This document shows positions 1 through 12,460 of a DNA stretch of 51,945 bases, in pieces. How positions within the stretch are numbered: position 1 is the stretch's first letter; the number at the start of each line of letters is the position of its first letter. The stretch comes from Azolla caroliniana. Taxonomy: Eukaryota > Plantae > Polypodiophyta. Where the stretch lies: contig JBHGNT010000214.1 in the NCBI GenBank assembly GCA_043228905.1, forward strand, positions 1 through 51,945. The letters are read 5' to 3'. The position numbers and the translations under genes were made by a program. The notes under the pieces were generated by a model. That model had not been told where the DNA came from, ran no database searches, and was given only the letters and a program-made list of their open reading frames with translations.

Positions 1-678
1 CTACGGTGTGAAACCGAGTGAGACGAATAAACCAAGGATGTGCAACATTGCACATGCACTTAGCAAATAAACCTAAGGCCTAGTGGCACTTGAGTTTATA
101 CAGAGGGGTGCAAGCAAGGTTTGAACCTTGCACCTCTAAGATAAAAGATGATTGCCTTACCATTAGGACAACTATCATATAGCGTAGATTTTATGTATTT
201 CTTTTTTATATACGAATTATAGATGAAACAACCATAGAAAACCATGTGCACAAAACCATGGTTCTAAACCCATGGTTTGTGCATGACATAAGCAAAACCG
301 TGTGCACAAAACCATGGTTTTAGCCCATGGTTTTGTGCATGTCACAAGCATGGAAAGACCTATAAAAGCCTCTAGTTGGGCTTGTGTAAGGGGGGCTCAA
401 TATGTGATATCACCAACACCATTATCATCAATATAATTATATTTGTCTTTATCTTCTTCATATTTTCTACTTCTCAAGTGTACAATCTTTCTTCTTCTCA
501 AGTAAACCAATTTCATCTAATCTTACATTGATCATCATCTCTTCGATAATTCTGCAAACATCCTCCCCAGTCCAAGACCCCGGTGGTCGCTCGAGTAGCA
601 CACGCACGCGCGAATCTTCGCGACACTGTACGAAGCCCCCCCCGTCCAACGGCACAACCACCCAGCGTGGGGCCTCAC
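1..678 (+). mobile_element. Probable LTR (5' end outside window, right end uncertain)
   Basis: Same layout as the LTRs at 12281 and 16042: antisense tRNA-like box pair (117-170), CATG-rich cluster (~240-350), TATAAAA at 361, pyrimidine-rich R/U5-like tail. No clean terminus or TSD is visible. Confidence 0.45.
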
Positions 679-1041
679 CTTTGATTTGAATAAAGGTCCA
701 ACTCACCGCCAACTGGTCGGCCTTTGGACCTGCGTCAATGTACTCCCCACCACCTACAAATGGGATTTTGAAACCATGATTGACACACGTTTTTCCCCCG
801 CTTATACCCCCTTCTCCCTTCGCCGGCCACAACACCTGCACCTGGCTCACCGGCCCCAAGAAAGATTTCTTCACAACAACCGACCAACTGCAGGAAATCC
901 AACTACCACCAATGAACATCCGCCGTCTTTGCCATCATTTCCGCCGCCCCCCGCCCCCCAAAGAACCCCCCTACTCAATCCTACTCGCCCCCGATGCCCG
1001 AAGCTCCCCTCCCACAGTGCACCCAAGGGTGTGCACTCATT

Positions 1042-1618
1042 AGGTTGGGGGGGATGTTAAGCGCTAGAATAACAACACAACCAGTCACGTATAAGAACGC
1101 ATCAACAAGGACGTAGATGAAGAGGAAACAACAAGAGGAAAGGAAAGCAAAGAGACGGTCAAGTGTGAAAGGGCCATACCCTAAACGTGAAAGCTATATA
1201 AACCACATAGTAGTGGCTTTGTGGGGGTTCTCCCATTTGTAAAGATCTCCTATTGATTAGAGCTAGAGCTTCCTCTCCTCCTCCTTGTAACCTTTGAGCT
1301 TAAGAGAGATTAGTGAGGTGTTTAGTTAGAGAACACTAATCTCTCTCCTTGTTGGTGCTAGACCTCTTAGCAAAGGGGGTTAATAAACATACTCTTCCTT
1401 CTTATTGTCTATATCTATTAACCTATTGTCTATGAGAGAGAGCTTGAAAGAGTGAGAGAGATATTGTGCTCAATCATTTACTAATCGTTAAGTGAGTGTG
1501 AGACTCAGAGGTATACGACAACCATTTCCGCCCGATTCGCCATCAAGAGGGTATACACCGGTCCGAATCCCGCCACGACATCGAGGAGCTTACTCCACCA
1601 ATACATAGATCCTTAACA
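1042..1618 (+). mobile_element. PPT and 3' LTR of an LTR retrotransposon extending left out of the window
   Basis: G-rich tract AGGTTGGGGGGGA (1042-1054) is immediately followed by TGTTAAG (1055); the segment ends in the inverted terminus CTTAACA (1618). TATA-like CTATATAAA near 1194. Confidence 0.75.
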
Positions 1619-2529
1619 CATCTCCTTCTTCGTCTGTTTTTGTCCTTCCTGCTGGCTTTCTTTTCTTGATTCCGTTCTTGGCTATCTCCACTTTGCTTCT
1701 TGTGGAACCATTTCCCGTGCATTCTCAACATTTCCTGCCGGTGTCAGAAGTTGTTTTGAGATTATTCGAACTCACTACCTTTTGTTTGCAAAAAGGCGTT
1801 TAAGATACACCACTTCAACCTCTTGGTTTTCTTCTTTTCTATCTCTTTGTTTTACTTTTTGTCTTCTGTTCAGCAGGTCACTAGCTTCATGAGCGACCTC
1901 TACATCCCTTGTTCTTGCGAGCTTCCTCCCTCGCGTCCTTCCTTCTCTCTCTTCTTCTTCTCCTCTTCATTTCCCCCCTCTACCCTTCCATTTTAGCCAC
2001 CATGGGCATGGCTTTTATAGAGTGGTCAACCGCCCTACCACCATCTTGAGGCGGTTGACAGACCACCACATGCAGGCGGTTATTTATTTATTATTATTAT
2101 TTATTTTATTTATAAATTCTACAAATTCGATTTTATAGTTGTAAATTTGAGAAATTACAAAAATGACCCTTATTTAATTTCGAATCCCCCTTTTTACATA
2201 ATTATATTTGTGTCCCGAGTTGCATTAGTCCTTCCGAAGCTTGTATCTTAGGCTTCTGAACTTTGATTCACGAACCGAAAATTCCTTCATGCTCCTTGTC
2301 ATAAGCTCTAGACGGGAAATGTACTTCTATAGATTTTTGACATCGTGAAGCAACTAGTTCACGACACCATCTCATTCCTCGACTTCGTCTCACACATTGT
2401 GACTGCCATTTGTTGCTCATTGTCGATTTGATTTCTCGCACATCATCGCCACCATTCTCGCACAATTCATCGTTGCTATGTCTTTGCCGCGTATTAGTCT
2501 TCGACTTCGTCTGCAAAGGGGATCGCCTT

Positions 2530-3034
2530 AGTGGTCGCCAAAATAGTGTTGTTGGTATAGGGTTAGGGTTATGATAATTATGATAGCATGATGTTAATGA
2601 TGGGTGCGATGAAGAGCATTGCTGAGTGATGGAGAGATGAGTAAACATTGATAAGCATTTCTAGGCACCACCCCCCTCCCAAGGGGGGGTTCAATGTGAG
2701 AGAGGGAGAAAGAGAGAAAGAGAGAAAAGGTGTCAAAGAGAGAGAGAGAAGTTGAGAGAGAACTATTCCTTTCTTCATTCATTCCCCATAAGGGGTTAAA
2801 TAGTTACAAAAGGGTAGAACATAGGGGTGCAAGCCCCCTTCGCCATTCACACTAGTCACTCACTCACACCTCCTCATATCTGTCCACATTCACACACGTG
2901 TGCATGTGTTCACATAAGTATCGACTCATACTTACAATTATACTTGTGCACATTTAGTCATACACATCAACCACATTATAGCATTCGACCCTCGCTCATC
3001 AAACTCTACTTTCCGTACATCTCGTACGGTAACA
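2530..3034 (-). mobile_element. 5' LTR (2547-3034) and PBS of a minus-strand LTR element inserted in the Copia-A 5' LTR
   Basis: On the minus strand TGTTACC (3034)...CAACA (2547), then CTATTT and TGGCGACCAC (2540-2531), which resembles the complement of a plant tRNA-Arg(UCG) 3' end (from recall). Copia-A LTR-like sequence starts just right of 3034. Confidence 0.6.
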
Positions 3035-4280
3035 TGACCTATTGGCATAAAAGGATGACTCCTTCCAATTTGTATCTTGGTGTGAACACGTCCAAATAGT
3101 TAGGCCTTGCTATCTAAGCAATAATTTTAAAAGAATAACGTGTGTGGAAATGTAACAGACACAACCGTGTAACATAGATGATGAAGAGAAGGTTTAATGG
3201 AAAGCTTTGAACACGACAGAATGTAACCAGGAGAGACAAAGAATGAGAGAGAGTGTGTGTGTGAGCCGAACACACAAAACTTAGATTCAAAAATAACTGT
3301 CCGTTGCTCTGTATAAGATGCGCTCAATCGACGCTTTTTATACAAGTCCTTATGGACAGGCAGAAGTTGTTATGTACACATAACGTTGGTGAGGGTAGGT
3401 CGCTAATATTTACATTAGTGAAGGGTATGTTCACTATTATTAAAAAGGGGACTAATGATTGGATAGAATGAATGATATGTGCATGCACTATCATGATTTA
3501 GACAACCAATGAATAGAGAGCCTTTTAGAAAGGCACATCTATTCAAGGGGCCTAGGAAAAGGTATAAATATGAGGCTTAGCTACCCTCATAAGGATCATC
3601 ACGTCGGAAGGCTGCTGTCGTAGACACCGGTGGTGCGGGCTAGGCTTTCGTCTCGACGATCGTGTTTATCTCTTCCAAGGTATTAGTCATCCTAATATCT
3701 GGCGGTATGGGACGTCGGTGGTAGGTTGGCTATGTCTAGATCATAGCTCGGGGGTGGTCGGGTGGAACGGGTTCTTCTATCCAATCTATTTTCTTCCTTA
3801 TTACTTGATTTGGTCTATTGATTAGTAATAGACTCTTAACAGTGGTATCAGAGCTTTTACTAACAATTTTTTTGTTGTTTTGATGTTTTTTGCGTGTGAG
3901 CGAGGGGGATCTAACAAGGCTCGTCATGCTCTTCTCAGGATCAAAACAACACTCTAAACCCGGTATTCTTCTTTTTTGATCTCTTCTCTTTTTCTATTAT
4001 GCGTTCTTTATGGTCGAATCAAATTGGTATTACGTTTTATTCTCTTTCTTTCTACCTCCTACTACGCTACGATTTTACTTATTATTATGCATCGGGCCGA
4101 GCGTGTTTGCACTAATCCCACACGCTCAACTCATGGCCTTTTGCATATTGCGATATATATCCCACTCTCTCCTCTCTTGAACTCTTACGATAATAATTAT
4201 TCTTGTGCATTGGGTCGAGCGTGTTTGCTCTAATCGCACACGCTTATATCATGGCCGTTTTGCATATGATGTTGAGTATA

Positions 4281-4610
4281 CCACTCTTCCCCTCTATTGA
4301 GCCATCACTTGGCCGATTCTAAGGGATGATGTGGCCTTGACGAGGTGTATGTTGCCTACCTATGCCACTCTACTCTCTATTAAGCCATCAATTGGCCGAT
4401 TCTATGGGATGTTGTGGCCTTGACAAGGTATATGTAGCTTACATATGCCACTTTCCTTTTTAATTAGCCATCAATTGGCCGATTCTAAGGGATGATGTGG
4501 CCTTGACGAGGTATATGTCACTTACCTATGCCACTTTCCTCTTTAATTAGCCATTACTTGGCCGATTCTAGGGATATGTGGTGGTCTTGAGGAGGTGCAT
4601 GTCAACTACC
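4281..4610 (+). repeat. 83-bp tandem repeat, ~4 diverged copies, in the Gypsy-1 leader
   Basis: GGCCGATTCTA recurs at 4311, 4394, 4477 and 4560. Confidence 0.85.
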
Positions 4611-5600
4611 CTAGGGTTTTGTATCTTAGGGCATGTTTGATTCCATACACCTAATTGTTGATTATTCTAATTAAATTTTAATTTCATAAGTATTGTTTCA
4701 CTTATATGATTTTCTAGTAATTATTATTTACCCGCCCACAATTAACTATCCTTTTTCCACTTCCTTTTCATGTATAAAGTATTTACATCGTTTATTTTTA
4801 ATGTAACCTTTACGTGTAGACTATTTTTTTCGTATGGAGTGGCTTGTTGAACGATTTTTTTTCAGCGGGTCATCTAGGTTTAACTCTTATCATCAAGCCT
4901 TAGAAAACGAGTAAAACCATATGAGTTCCCTTATTGATGTTTTACTCATGGATTTGAGTATTACATCTTTGCGCACAACACCGTCATCACTTGTATCAAT
5001 TTGTGGCTTATGTCACAATTGTGCAAGTTATAACAATCATATTGGGATGTATATGTGCATACCTTGCACTTCCCATTTATTTGTGACATTGTTTTTTTCG
5101 TAGGTAACACATGGGTTTTTTTTTTTTTTTTTACCCTTGTTTTCGTCACTACTTAACTCTTATGAGTAGTGCCTTATTTTATCATTTTATCATCACGTTT
5201 GCTTATTGCTCGCAAGACTAGAATATTACTTGTGAGTGCACTTGTTTTTTCACGTAATACACTTTCTCGACCATATAATACATGATGGGTTGGCATTAAT
5301 ATAAGGCTATCTAGGAAATTTCATTGATGTAAGAACCATGGTTGAGCCTCGGGGAGCCGCCATGATTACTCAAGATAGAGATCCGAGAAATACATCTTAG
5401 CTATGTTTTCCCCCATGGTTTTTAAAACACCATAGTGTTACCATAGTTATCGGATCTCGAATCACATCTCATATGTCTAGAGGGGTAAAGACATGAGATA
5501 CTTTCTTGGATAAAGTTCTTTCAATCAAAATTTCAAGCATTCATTTTGCTTGTGTATTTTCTGAACCTCCTTATTTTATTGCATACCCACAGCGTGCATC

Positions 5601-6899
5601 ATGGAACAAGTTTTGAACGCAGTTGGAACAATCTCTCCAAATGAGACCTCTCAACCCCAATCCGCATCTCGCACACAAGCTGAGATCACTATTGAGCAAT
5701 TGCTCACTACTACCTTGAATCAATTGGCCGAAATGAGACAGGCCAATATGGCATTGGAAAAGAAATTCCAAGAATTAACTATTGAGTCCAAGAAAGAAGG
5801 TGAACCTTCCTTCGTAGTCACGCCTTTCAAGGGAGATAAGAAAGAAAGAACCGAGGAGGCCATTAGCACTTGGCTTGGTCGTTGGGAGTCTCACTTTGAG
5901 CTTCATCCCAAGCCCGATGCAGTAAAAATTGGTTATGTCGGTCGTGAGTTAGGTGGCCGAGCTGCTGCTTGGTGGCGTGGCCTAAGGACCGCAAAAAACT
6001 TACCCACAACTTGGGAAGGTTTCGTTGATGTTTTTAAGAAACAATTCTTGCAGCCACCTTCTCAAACCGAACAAGCGCAACACTTGCTCACATTGTCTAG
6101 TAAGCCATTTACCTCTCTCGAGGATTATGTGCATCACGCTCGGACCCAGATCCAAAAATCGGGACTTACGGGTGAGAAATGGTTTGTCGCTTGTTTTTTG
6201 AATGGTATTCCCAATGGGGATTATCATTGGATTGTCCATGACAAGGACCCCACAACTTTCGAGGAAGCCGTCAACATTGTGTTGCGATACCATAGGACTT
6301 CCAAGAAAGACCACAATAAACCTGAGTTCGCCAAAACTCCGAATGTCAAGTTCATTGGGAAACGTAAGCAATCCAGTGACACTCTTGACCGCGACTCAAA
6401 GAAACCGAACCTCTTCTGTGCATATTGCAAGAAGCGGGGCCACACAAAGGATACCTGTCGTCGTCTTGAGAGGAAGTCAATGAACACCCCTCCTCAAGAC
6501 AAATCTACGAGTCACACAGGTGAGTCTTTTGATATTGTTGAAGTTCATACCAATCACTTAAGTTTATGTGAATGCACTTTTCCTTCACATTTACTTGGAC
6601 CTAATGATTTACTCCGAGCAGTCGGATATATCAATGGAACACAAGCACATTTCTTGTTTGATTCCGGTAGTTCTCACAATTTTCTTAATGATCACTTTGT
6701 GCAGCAAATGGAGCTCCACATAAACGCAAGTGCTCATATCTATCAAGTTCACATGGCAAATGGAAACGTTCAATACATCAGTGGCATTGTTTGTCAACTG
6801 CCAATTCAAATAGATACTTATTTGGAGAAGCTTGACTTTCATGTTATGAAATTACAATCCGCAGATGTCATTTTAGGATATCCTTGGTTTTTTAAATAA
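5601..6899 (+). CDS. gag: Gypsy-1 Gag plus aspartic protease
   Basis: 432-aa ORF with a retrotransposon capsid-like region, zinc knuckle CAYCKKRGHTKDTC, and protease motifs FLFDSGSSHNF...ILGYPW. Confidence 0.93.
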   Translation: MEQVLNAVGTISPNETSQPQSASRTQAEITIEQLLTTTLNQLAEMRQANMALEKKFQELTIESKKEGEPSFVVTPFKGDKKERTEEAISTWLGRWESHFELHPKPDAVKIGYVGRELGGRAAAWWRGLRTAKNLPTTWEGFVDVFKKQFLQPPSQTEQAQHLLTLSSKPFTSLEDYVHHARTQIQKSGLTGEKWFVACFLNGIPNGDYHWIVHDKDPTTFEEAVNIVLRYHRTSKKDHNKPEFAKTPNVKFIGKRKQSSDTLDRDSKKPNLFCAYCKKRGHTKDTCRRLERKSMNTPPQDKSTSHTGESFDIVEVHTNHLSLCECTFPSHLLGPNDLLRAVGYINGTQAHFLFDSGSSHNFLNDHFVQQMELHINASAHIYQVHMANGNVQYISGIVCQLPIQIDTYLEKLDFHVMKLQSADVILGYPWFFK

Positions 6900-9800
6900 A
6901 AACCCTTCTTTGTCCATTGATTGGGTTAATCACTCAATCACATTTGAACTTAATAATTGTAAACATTTTATTCAATGTTCCAAACTTCCTTCTCATTCAC
7001 TTGTGTCTTCTAAATCTTTAAGTGAGTATTCTAGTTCATTAATTTATTCGTGTGTAATTGATCCTGCGGTTCAATTTTATTATTTTAATATTGACGCCAC
7101 ACAATTACCACATTTTGAGCAACGATTACTCGACTCTATTTTAGAGGATTTTCAAGATGTGTTTCCTACTGAATTACCGCTTACTTTACCACCTAAACGT
7201 AATGTGGACCATCAAATTGAACTCATCCCTGGGGCTGCTCCTGTGAGCATTCCACCTTACCGACTTAGTCGATTAGAAGAGGATGAGATCGCTAAACAAC
7301 TTAAGGAATACTTGAGTATGGGCCACATTAGGTATAGTAAATCACCTTGGGGTGCGCCAGTTCTATTAGTCAAGAAGAAGGAAGGTTCGTGGCGAATGTG
7401 TATCAATTATCGCCGTTTGAATAAAATGACAATTAAGAATGCATATCCATTACCTCGTGCCGATGATTTGATTGATCGTTTGCACGGGGCTCGATATTTT
7501 ACAAAAATTGACTTACGAACTGGTTATCATCAGATTCGCATCGCCGAGGATGATATTCCTAAAACCGCTTTTCGTACGCGCTATGGCCATTATGAGTTTT
7601 TAGTCATGCCGTTTGGGTTGACTTATGCTCCAGCCACATTCCAACAAGCGATGAATGATGTTTTCCGAGATCAACTCGGTGATTTTGTTGTCGTCTTCTT
7701 GGATGATATTTTGATATATAGCCGTACCTTGCAAGATCATGTTCAACATGTTCGATTTGTTTTGCGAAAGTTGCGTGACAACTCTTTCTATGCAAAACAT
7801 TCAAAATGTGACTTCTTCCAAAAATCTATTGTGTACCTAGGTCATTTAATTACAGAAAATGGCGTTGAAATTGAACCTTCTCGTATTGAAAAGGTTAAAC
7901 TTTGGCCCATTCCTTGTAATATTCGTGAACTTAGATCATTCTTAGGGTTTGTTGGATTTTTACGAAAATCAATTCGTAACTATTCCAAATTGACTACGCC
8001 ATTAACTGACCTTTTAAAAGGTCATCCACGTAAGTCTGTCAAACCAATTTCATGGAATGAACAACTTGACAAATCATTTGAGACACTCAAGGAGCATGTG
8101 TGTCAGGCTCCCACTCTTCTATTACCAGACCCTTCTAAGCCTTTCTCAATTGAAACCGATGCTAGTGATTATGCTATTGGTGCCGTTCTTTATCAAGGTG
8201 GTCACCCTATTGCTTTTGAAAGTAAGAAGCTTGATGCTGCTCAATCTCGGTATTCGGTTCAAGAGAAAGAGTTGTTTGCGGTGATAAACGCACTTAAAAC
8301 ATGGAGGCACTATCTCTATGGAAATAAATTTGTGGTTACAACAGACCATCAATCATTAAAGTATTTTTGTGACCAGCCCGATCTTGTTGGTCGTAAAGGC
8401 CGTTGGGCTGACCTTATGCAAGATTTTGATTTTTCCATACGATATCGCAAGGGTTCTATGAACACCGTTGCTGATGCTCTTAGTCGCATTAAAGAAGTTA
8501 ACATGCTTAGCTTCACGGAAATAAAATCTGATCTTTTAGATCACCTTCGAGGGAAATACCTTGATGACAGTTATTTCTCAAAATACTGGACGAAAGCCGA
8601 ATCTGGTTTAGATGCCGATACTAGCACCCTACCCTCGAAGGCGACCTTTCACATTACAAACGGTTTGCTCTACCGTAGTGGAAAGGTCTGTGTTCCAGAT
8701 TTACCAAATGTTAAACAGAAATTTTTTCATGAATGTCATGATGCACCATCTGCTGGTCATCCTGGAATACAACGCACACTCGTTCTCATCTCGTGTACTT
8801 TTTTCTGGCCTAAGATGCGCTCTGACGTGCATAAATACGTAACTCAATGCTTACAATGTCAGATTAATAAGTCGGAACGACTTAAAGCTGCTGGTCTTTT
8901 ACATCCCTTAGATATTCCCAACAATAAATGGGAAAGTATCTCGATGGATTTTATTGTTAGTTTACCTCGTACACAGAGGGGTCATGATGCCATATGGGTT
9001 GTCGTTGACAGGCTAACAAAATTAGCTAGATTTATTCCTACAAAAACCACGGTAACCGCTCAACAGTTGGCTTATCAATTTGTTGATGAGTTATTTCGTT
9101 TTTATGGATTACCGATGGATATTGTTAGTGATCGAGATTCCAAGTTTACTAGTGACTTTTGGACTCAGGTCTTTAAGAAACTAGAAACTACGTTGAGCAT
9201 GAGTTCCACAGATCATCCTCAGTCTGATGGACAAACTGAACGAGTTAATCAAATTATTGAGGACATGCTTCGAGCTTATGTAGCAAAAACCCCTTCTAAG
9301 TGGGAGCAATACCTTCCTATCTTAGAATTTGCCTATAATAGCTCTAAACATACATCCACTGGATATAGTCCTTTTATGTTGATGTATGGTTTTCAGCCAC
9401 GTGCCCCAGTTGATGTCACGATTCATCGTGATACATTAGACAGTACACGCAATTTTTTGCAAGACATGAACCAAATGTTGCATATTGCCAAAGAAAATGT
9501 CAAGACAGCTCAAGATCGTGCTCGATTTTATGTTGATCAGGATAGACGTCCTCGTGCATTTACTATTGGTCAAAAAGTTTTTTTGCGTGTCCCGACTGAT
9601 TCTACGTCATTATCTACGGGCAAGTGCGCTAAGTTAGCCCCACGATATTGTGGCCCATTTGAAATCCTTAAGCGAGTTGGGTCATCTGCTTATCACCTTG
9701 CCTTACCTCGTAACGTTGGTATTCATCCTGTTTTTCACGTCAGTCGTCTAAAACCATTTTTAGGCTCTGGTGATAACACCATCACAATCCAAGATCTTGT

Positions 9801-10005
9801 AACATTAGAGGATTTTTCTTACAAACCTCATGTTCCTGAACGAATTCTTGATTCTCGTACTAAACGTTTACGTTCTAAAGAGATTCGGCTATTCAAGATC
9901 AAATGGATGGATAAACCTATTGATGATGCCACATGGGAACGCGAGCATTCGCTTAAGGCACAATTTCCTCACTTTATATTGCAAGAGTGCAATCTTTTGA
10001 AGTAG
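6895..10005 (+). CDS. pol: Gypsy-1 Pol (RT, RNase H, integrase, chromodomain), +1 frame relative to gag-PR
   Basis: Uninterrupted >1030 codons: TKIDL..GYHQ, MPFGL, FLDD, ETDAS, HHCC zinc finger, SMDF/SDRD/TER integrase core, GPF motif, and chromodomain PERILDSR...IKW...ATWE. Confidence 0.95.
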   Translation, partial: NKNPSLSIDWVNHSITFELNNCKHFIQCSKLPSHSLVSSKSLSEYSSSLIYSCVIDPAVQFYYFNIDATQLPHFEQRLLDSILEDFQDVFPTELPLTLPPKRNVDHQIELIPGAAPVSIPPYRLSRLEEDEIAKQLKEYLSMGHIRYSKSPWGAPVLLVKKKEGSWRMCINYRRLNKMTIKNAYPLPRADDLIDRLHGARYFTKIDLRTGYHQIRIAEDDIPKTAFRTRYGHYEFLVMPFGLTYAPATFQQAMNDVFRDQLGDFVVVFLDDILIYSRTLQDHVQHVRFVLRKLRDNSFYAKHSKCDFFQKSIVYLGHLITENGVEIEPSRIEKVKLWPIPCNIRELRSFLGFVGFLRKSIRNYSKLTTPLTDLLKGHPRKSVKPISWNEQLDKSFETLKEHVCQAPTLLLPDPSKPFSIETDASDYAIGAVLYQGGHPIAFESKKLDAAQSRYSVQEKELFAVINALKTWRHYLYGNKFVVTTDHQSLKYFCDQPDLVGRKGRWADLMQDFDFSIRYRKGSMNTVADALSRIKEVNMLSFTEIKSDLLDHLRGKYLDDSYFSKYWTKAESGLDADTSTLPSKATFHITNGLLYRSGKVCVPDLPNVKQKFFHECHDAPSAGHPGIQRTLVLISCTFFWPKMRSDVHKYVTQCLQCQINKSERLKAAGLLHPLDIPNNKWESISMDFIVSLPRTQRGHDAIWVVVDRLTKLARFIPTKTTVTAQQLAYQFVDELFRFYGLPMDIVSDRDSKFTSDFWTQVFKKLETTLSMSSTDHPQSDGQTERVNQIIEDMLRAYVAKTPSKWEQYLPILEFAYNSSKHTSTGYSPFMLMYGFQPRAPVDVTIHRDTLDSTRNFLQDMNQMLHIAKENVKTAQDRARFYVDQDRRPRAFTIGQKVFLRVPTDSTSLSTGKCAKLAPRYCGPFEILKRVGSSAYHLALPRNVGIHPVFHVSRLKPFLGSGDNTITIQDLVTLEDFSYKPHVPERILDSRTKRLRSKEIRLFKIKWMDKPIDDATWEREHSLKAQFPHFILQECNLLK

Positions 10006-12460
10006 GGGAGTATGTTATGTACACATAACGTTGGTGAGGGTAGGTCGCTAATATTTACATTAGTGAAGGGTATGTTCACTATTATTAAAAAGGGGACTAA
10101 TGATTGGATAGAATGAATGATATGTGCATGCACTATCATGATTTAGACAACCAATGAATAGAGAGCCTTTTAGAAAGGCACATCTATTCAAGGGGCCTAG
10201 GAAAAGGTATAAATATGAGGCTTAGCTACCCTCATAAGGATCATCACGTCGGAAGGCTGCTGTCGTAGACACCGGTGGTGCGGGCTAGGCTTTCGTCTCG
10301 ACGATCGTGTTTATCTCTTCCAAGGTATTAGTCATCCTAATATCCGGCGGTATGGGACGTCGGTGGTAGGTTGGCTATGTCTAGATCATAGCTCGGGGGT
10401 GGTCGGGTGGAACGGGTTCTTCTATCCAATCTATTTTCTTCCTTATTACTTGATTTGGTCTATTGATTAGTAATAGACTCTTAACAGAAGTACTGTCAGA
10501 GTACTCACACATACTTCAATGCTCATCAATTAGCCTCCTACCCTAACTCCCAAAATTATTTCTTACGAGGAATAGCGCTTTAACGGCCTCTTGGCTTATG
10601 CACCGTTACGACCTTTTTGCGGACAGTTTTACGCACCCAGTCTACGCATTGGTTTACACACCCAATGTTGAGCTTGTATCTCAACACTCCCCCTCAAGCT
10701 CAACTTGAGGTTCCGCCCCCTCTTTCGGATCTTCACTCTGGCTTCTCCTGGCTTCACGCCTCACACACACTCCTCGACCCGTTCGATTCCGCGCGCCTCA
10801 ACCCATTCGATTCCGTGTGCCTCAACCCTTCCGGTCGGCTTGTCTGCTTGTGCGGCCCTTCTGAGCTCCCTTGTTATCGCGGTGATATCTCTTCTTTCGC
10901 TGCCCTTTCCTCCACTTGGTCCACAGTTGATTCGGCATGTCCAAATCAAACATTTCGATTGAATCGGTCACTTTCGATTCATTTTCGTTTATGTTTGAAT
11001 TGGTTGTCTCCAATTCGTTTTCAGTCTTTAGGCCTTTGACAATGTCAGACCAAGTCTTGGTCTTGGCCTTATCGCCCCATTTTTTGGATGACTTCGGCTC
11101 TTCCCTACGATTACGGCCCCTGTACTCATCTTCGCCTTCTTTAGCCGACCCGAAATCGCGGTGATCAATTCCGCTGCGATGATCCTTTCCGCTCCTTTCA
11201 AGCTCACACTCCTGTTCCTTTCTCCCCCTTATGTTCGGTGTGTCGAGGTGGCGTAACCCAATCGCATCCGAGAATTGTCGTAAGCGGCTTGGTGAATACG
11301 TCGGCAATCTGCCAACAAGTCGGAACATACGCTAGTTCGACTTCACCGGAAAGGACACGCTCACGGACAAAATGGAAATGCACCTCAATGTGCTTGGTCC
11401 GAGCGTGAAATACGGGGTTTCTCGCAAGTTGGATGCTGCTGAGGTTGTCGTAATAGATCGTTGTCGGAGCGAATACCTCCACATGCAGATCCCATATTAG
11501 CCGTTTTAGCCAAATGACTTCGCACGTAGCGACAATCACCCCTCGATATTCAACCTCCGTGCTCGACAGTGCTACTCTCGGCTGCTTCTTACTACTCCAT
11601 GTGATCGCCGCAGTTCCCATTGAGAATGCGTATCCGGATGTGGATCTTCGATCGTTGGCATTTCCGGCCCAATCGGCATCTGTGTAGCCAACTAATTGTT
11701 CGTCTACGCCTGCCCGATACAGCAACGCCATGTCTTTAGTGCCGGTGGCATATCACAGTATCCTTTGCACACACTGAAAGTGTTCGGCCGTGGGCTGCGA
11801 CATAAATTGACTGATCAAGCCGACCGGGTAGCTGAGATCCAGCCGAGTGATCGTCAAATAGATTAGGCTTCCGACAATATGTCGGAACCATGTCGGGTCA
11901 CACGCCTTACCCGAATCTCGGCGAAGCTTGACGTTTCTAACCATAAGGGTCGAGATGGGCTTACAATATGCCATCCCGAACTTGAAGAGCATATTTAGCA
12001 CGTAATGACGATGGCTGATCAATATACCTTCGAGGGTGCGGATCACTCCGATCCCAAGAAAGTATTGAAGGTCTCCAAGATCCTTCATGTCGAATGATGC
12101 CGCAAGGTGACACTTTACGCGATTGATTTCATCCAGGTCGACACCGGCGATGACTAAATCATCAACATAAAGTAAAAGAAAAACCGCTCCATGTCAACCT
12201 TGCCGAGTGAACAATGAAGAGTCTGACTTCGATGGCGCAAACCCCATTGTACGCAATCGTTGCGTAATCTTCCTGCATGATGTCAAGATATGAGGGTATA
12301 AAGTTTGTGAAAGGAAAAGAGAAAACTGTGAGATATCCCACATAGGCACGACAAATACGGCTCTCATAATATATAAGGTAGAGCAAAAGTTATTATCTTT
12401 GTGTTTATGTGTGGAGCATAGAGAGTTCAAGGTAACTTGAACTAAGAGTGGAGGTGGCCT

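Larger units (their letters stand above)
3368..10486 (+). mobile_element. Gypsy-1: full-length young Ty3/Gypsy chromovirus
   Basis: 474-bp LTRs at 3368-3841 and 10013-10486 (TGTTA...TAACA; one mismatch seen by eye). Perfect TSD GAAGT (3363-3367 / 10487-10491). PBS TGGTATCAGAGC 3843-3854; PPT 10001-10012. Confidence 0.97.
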
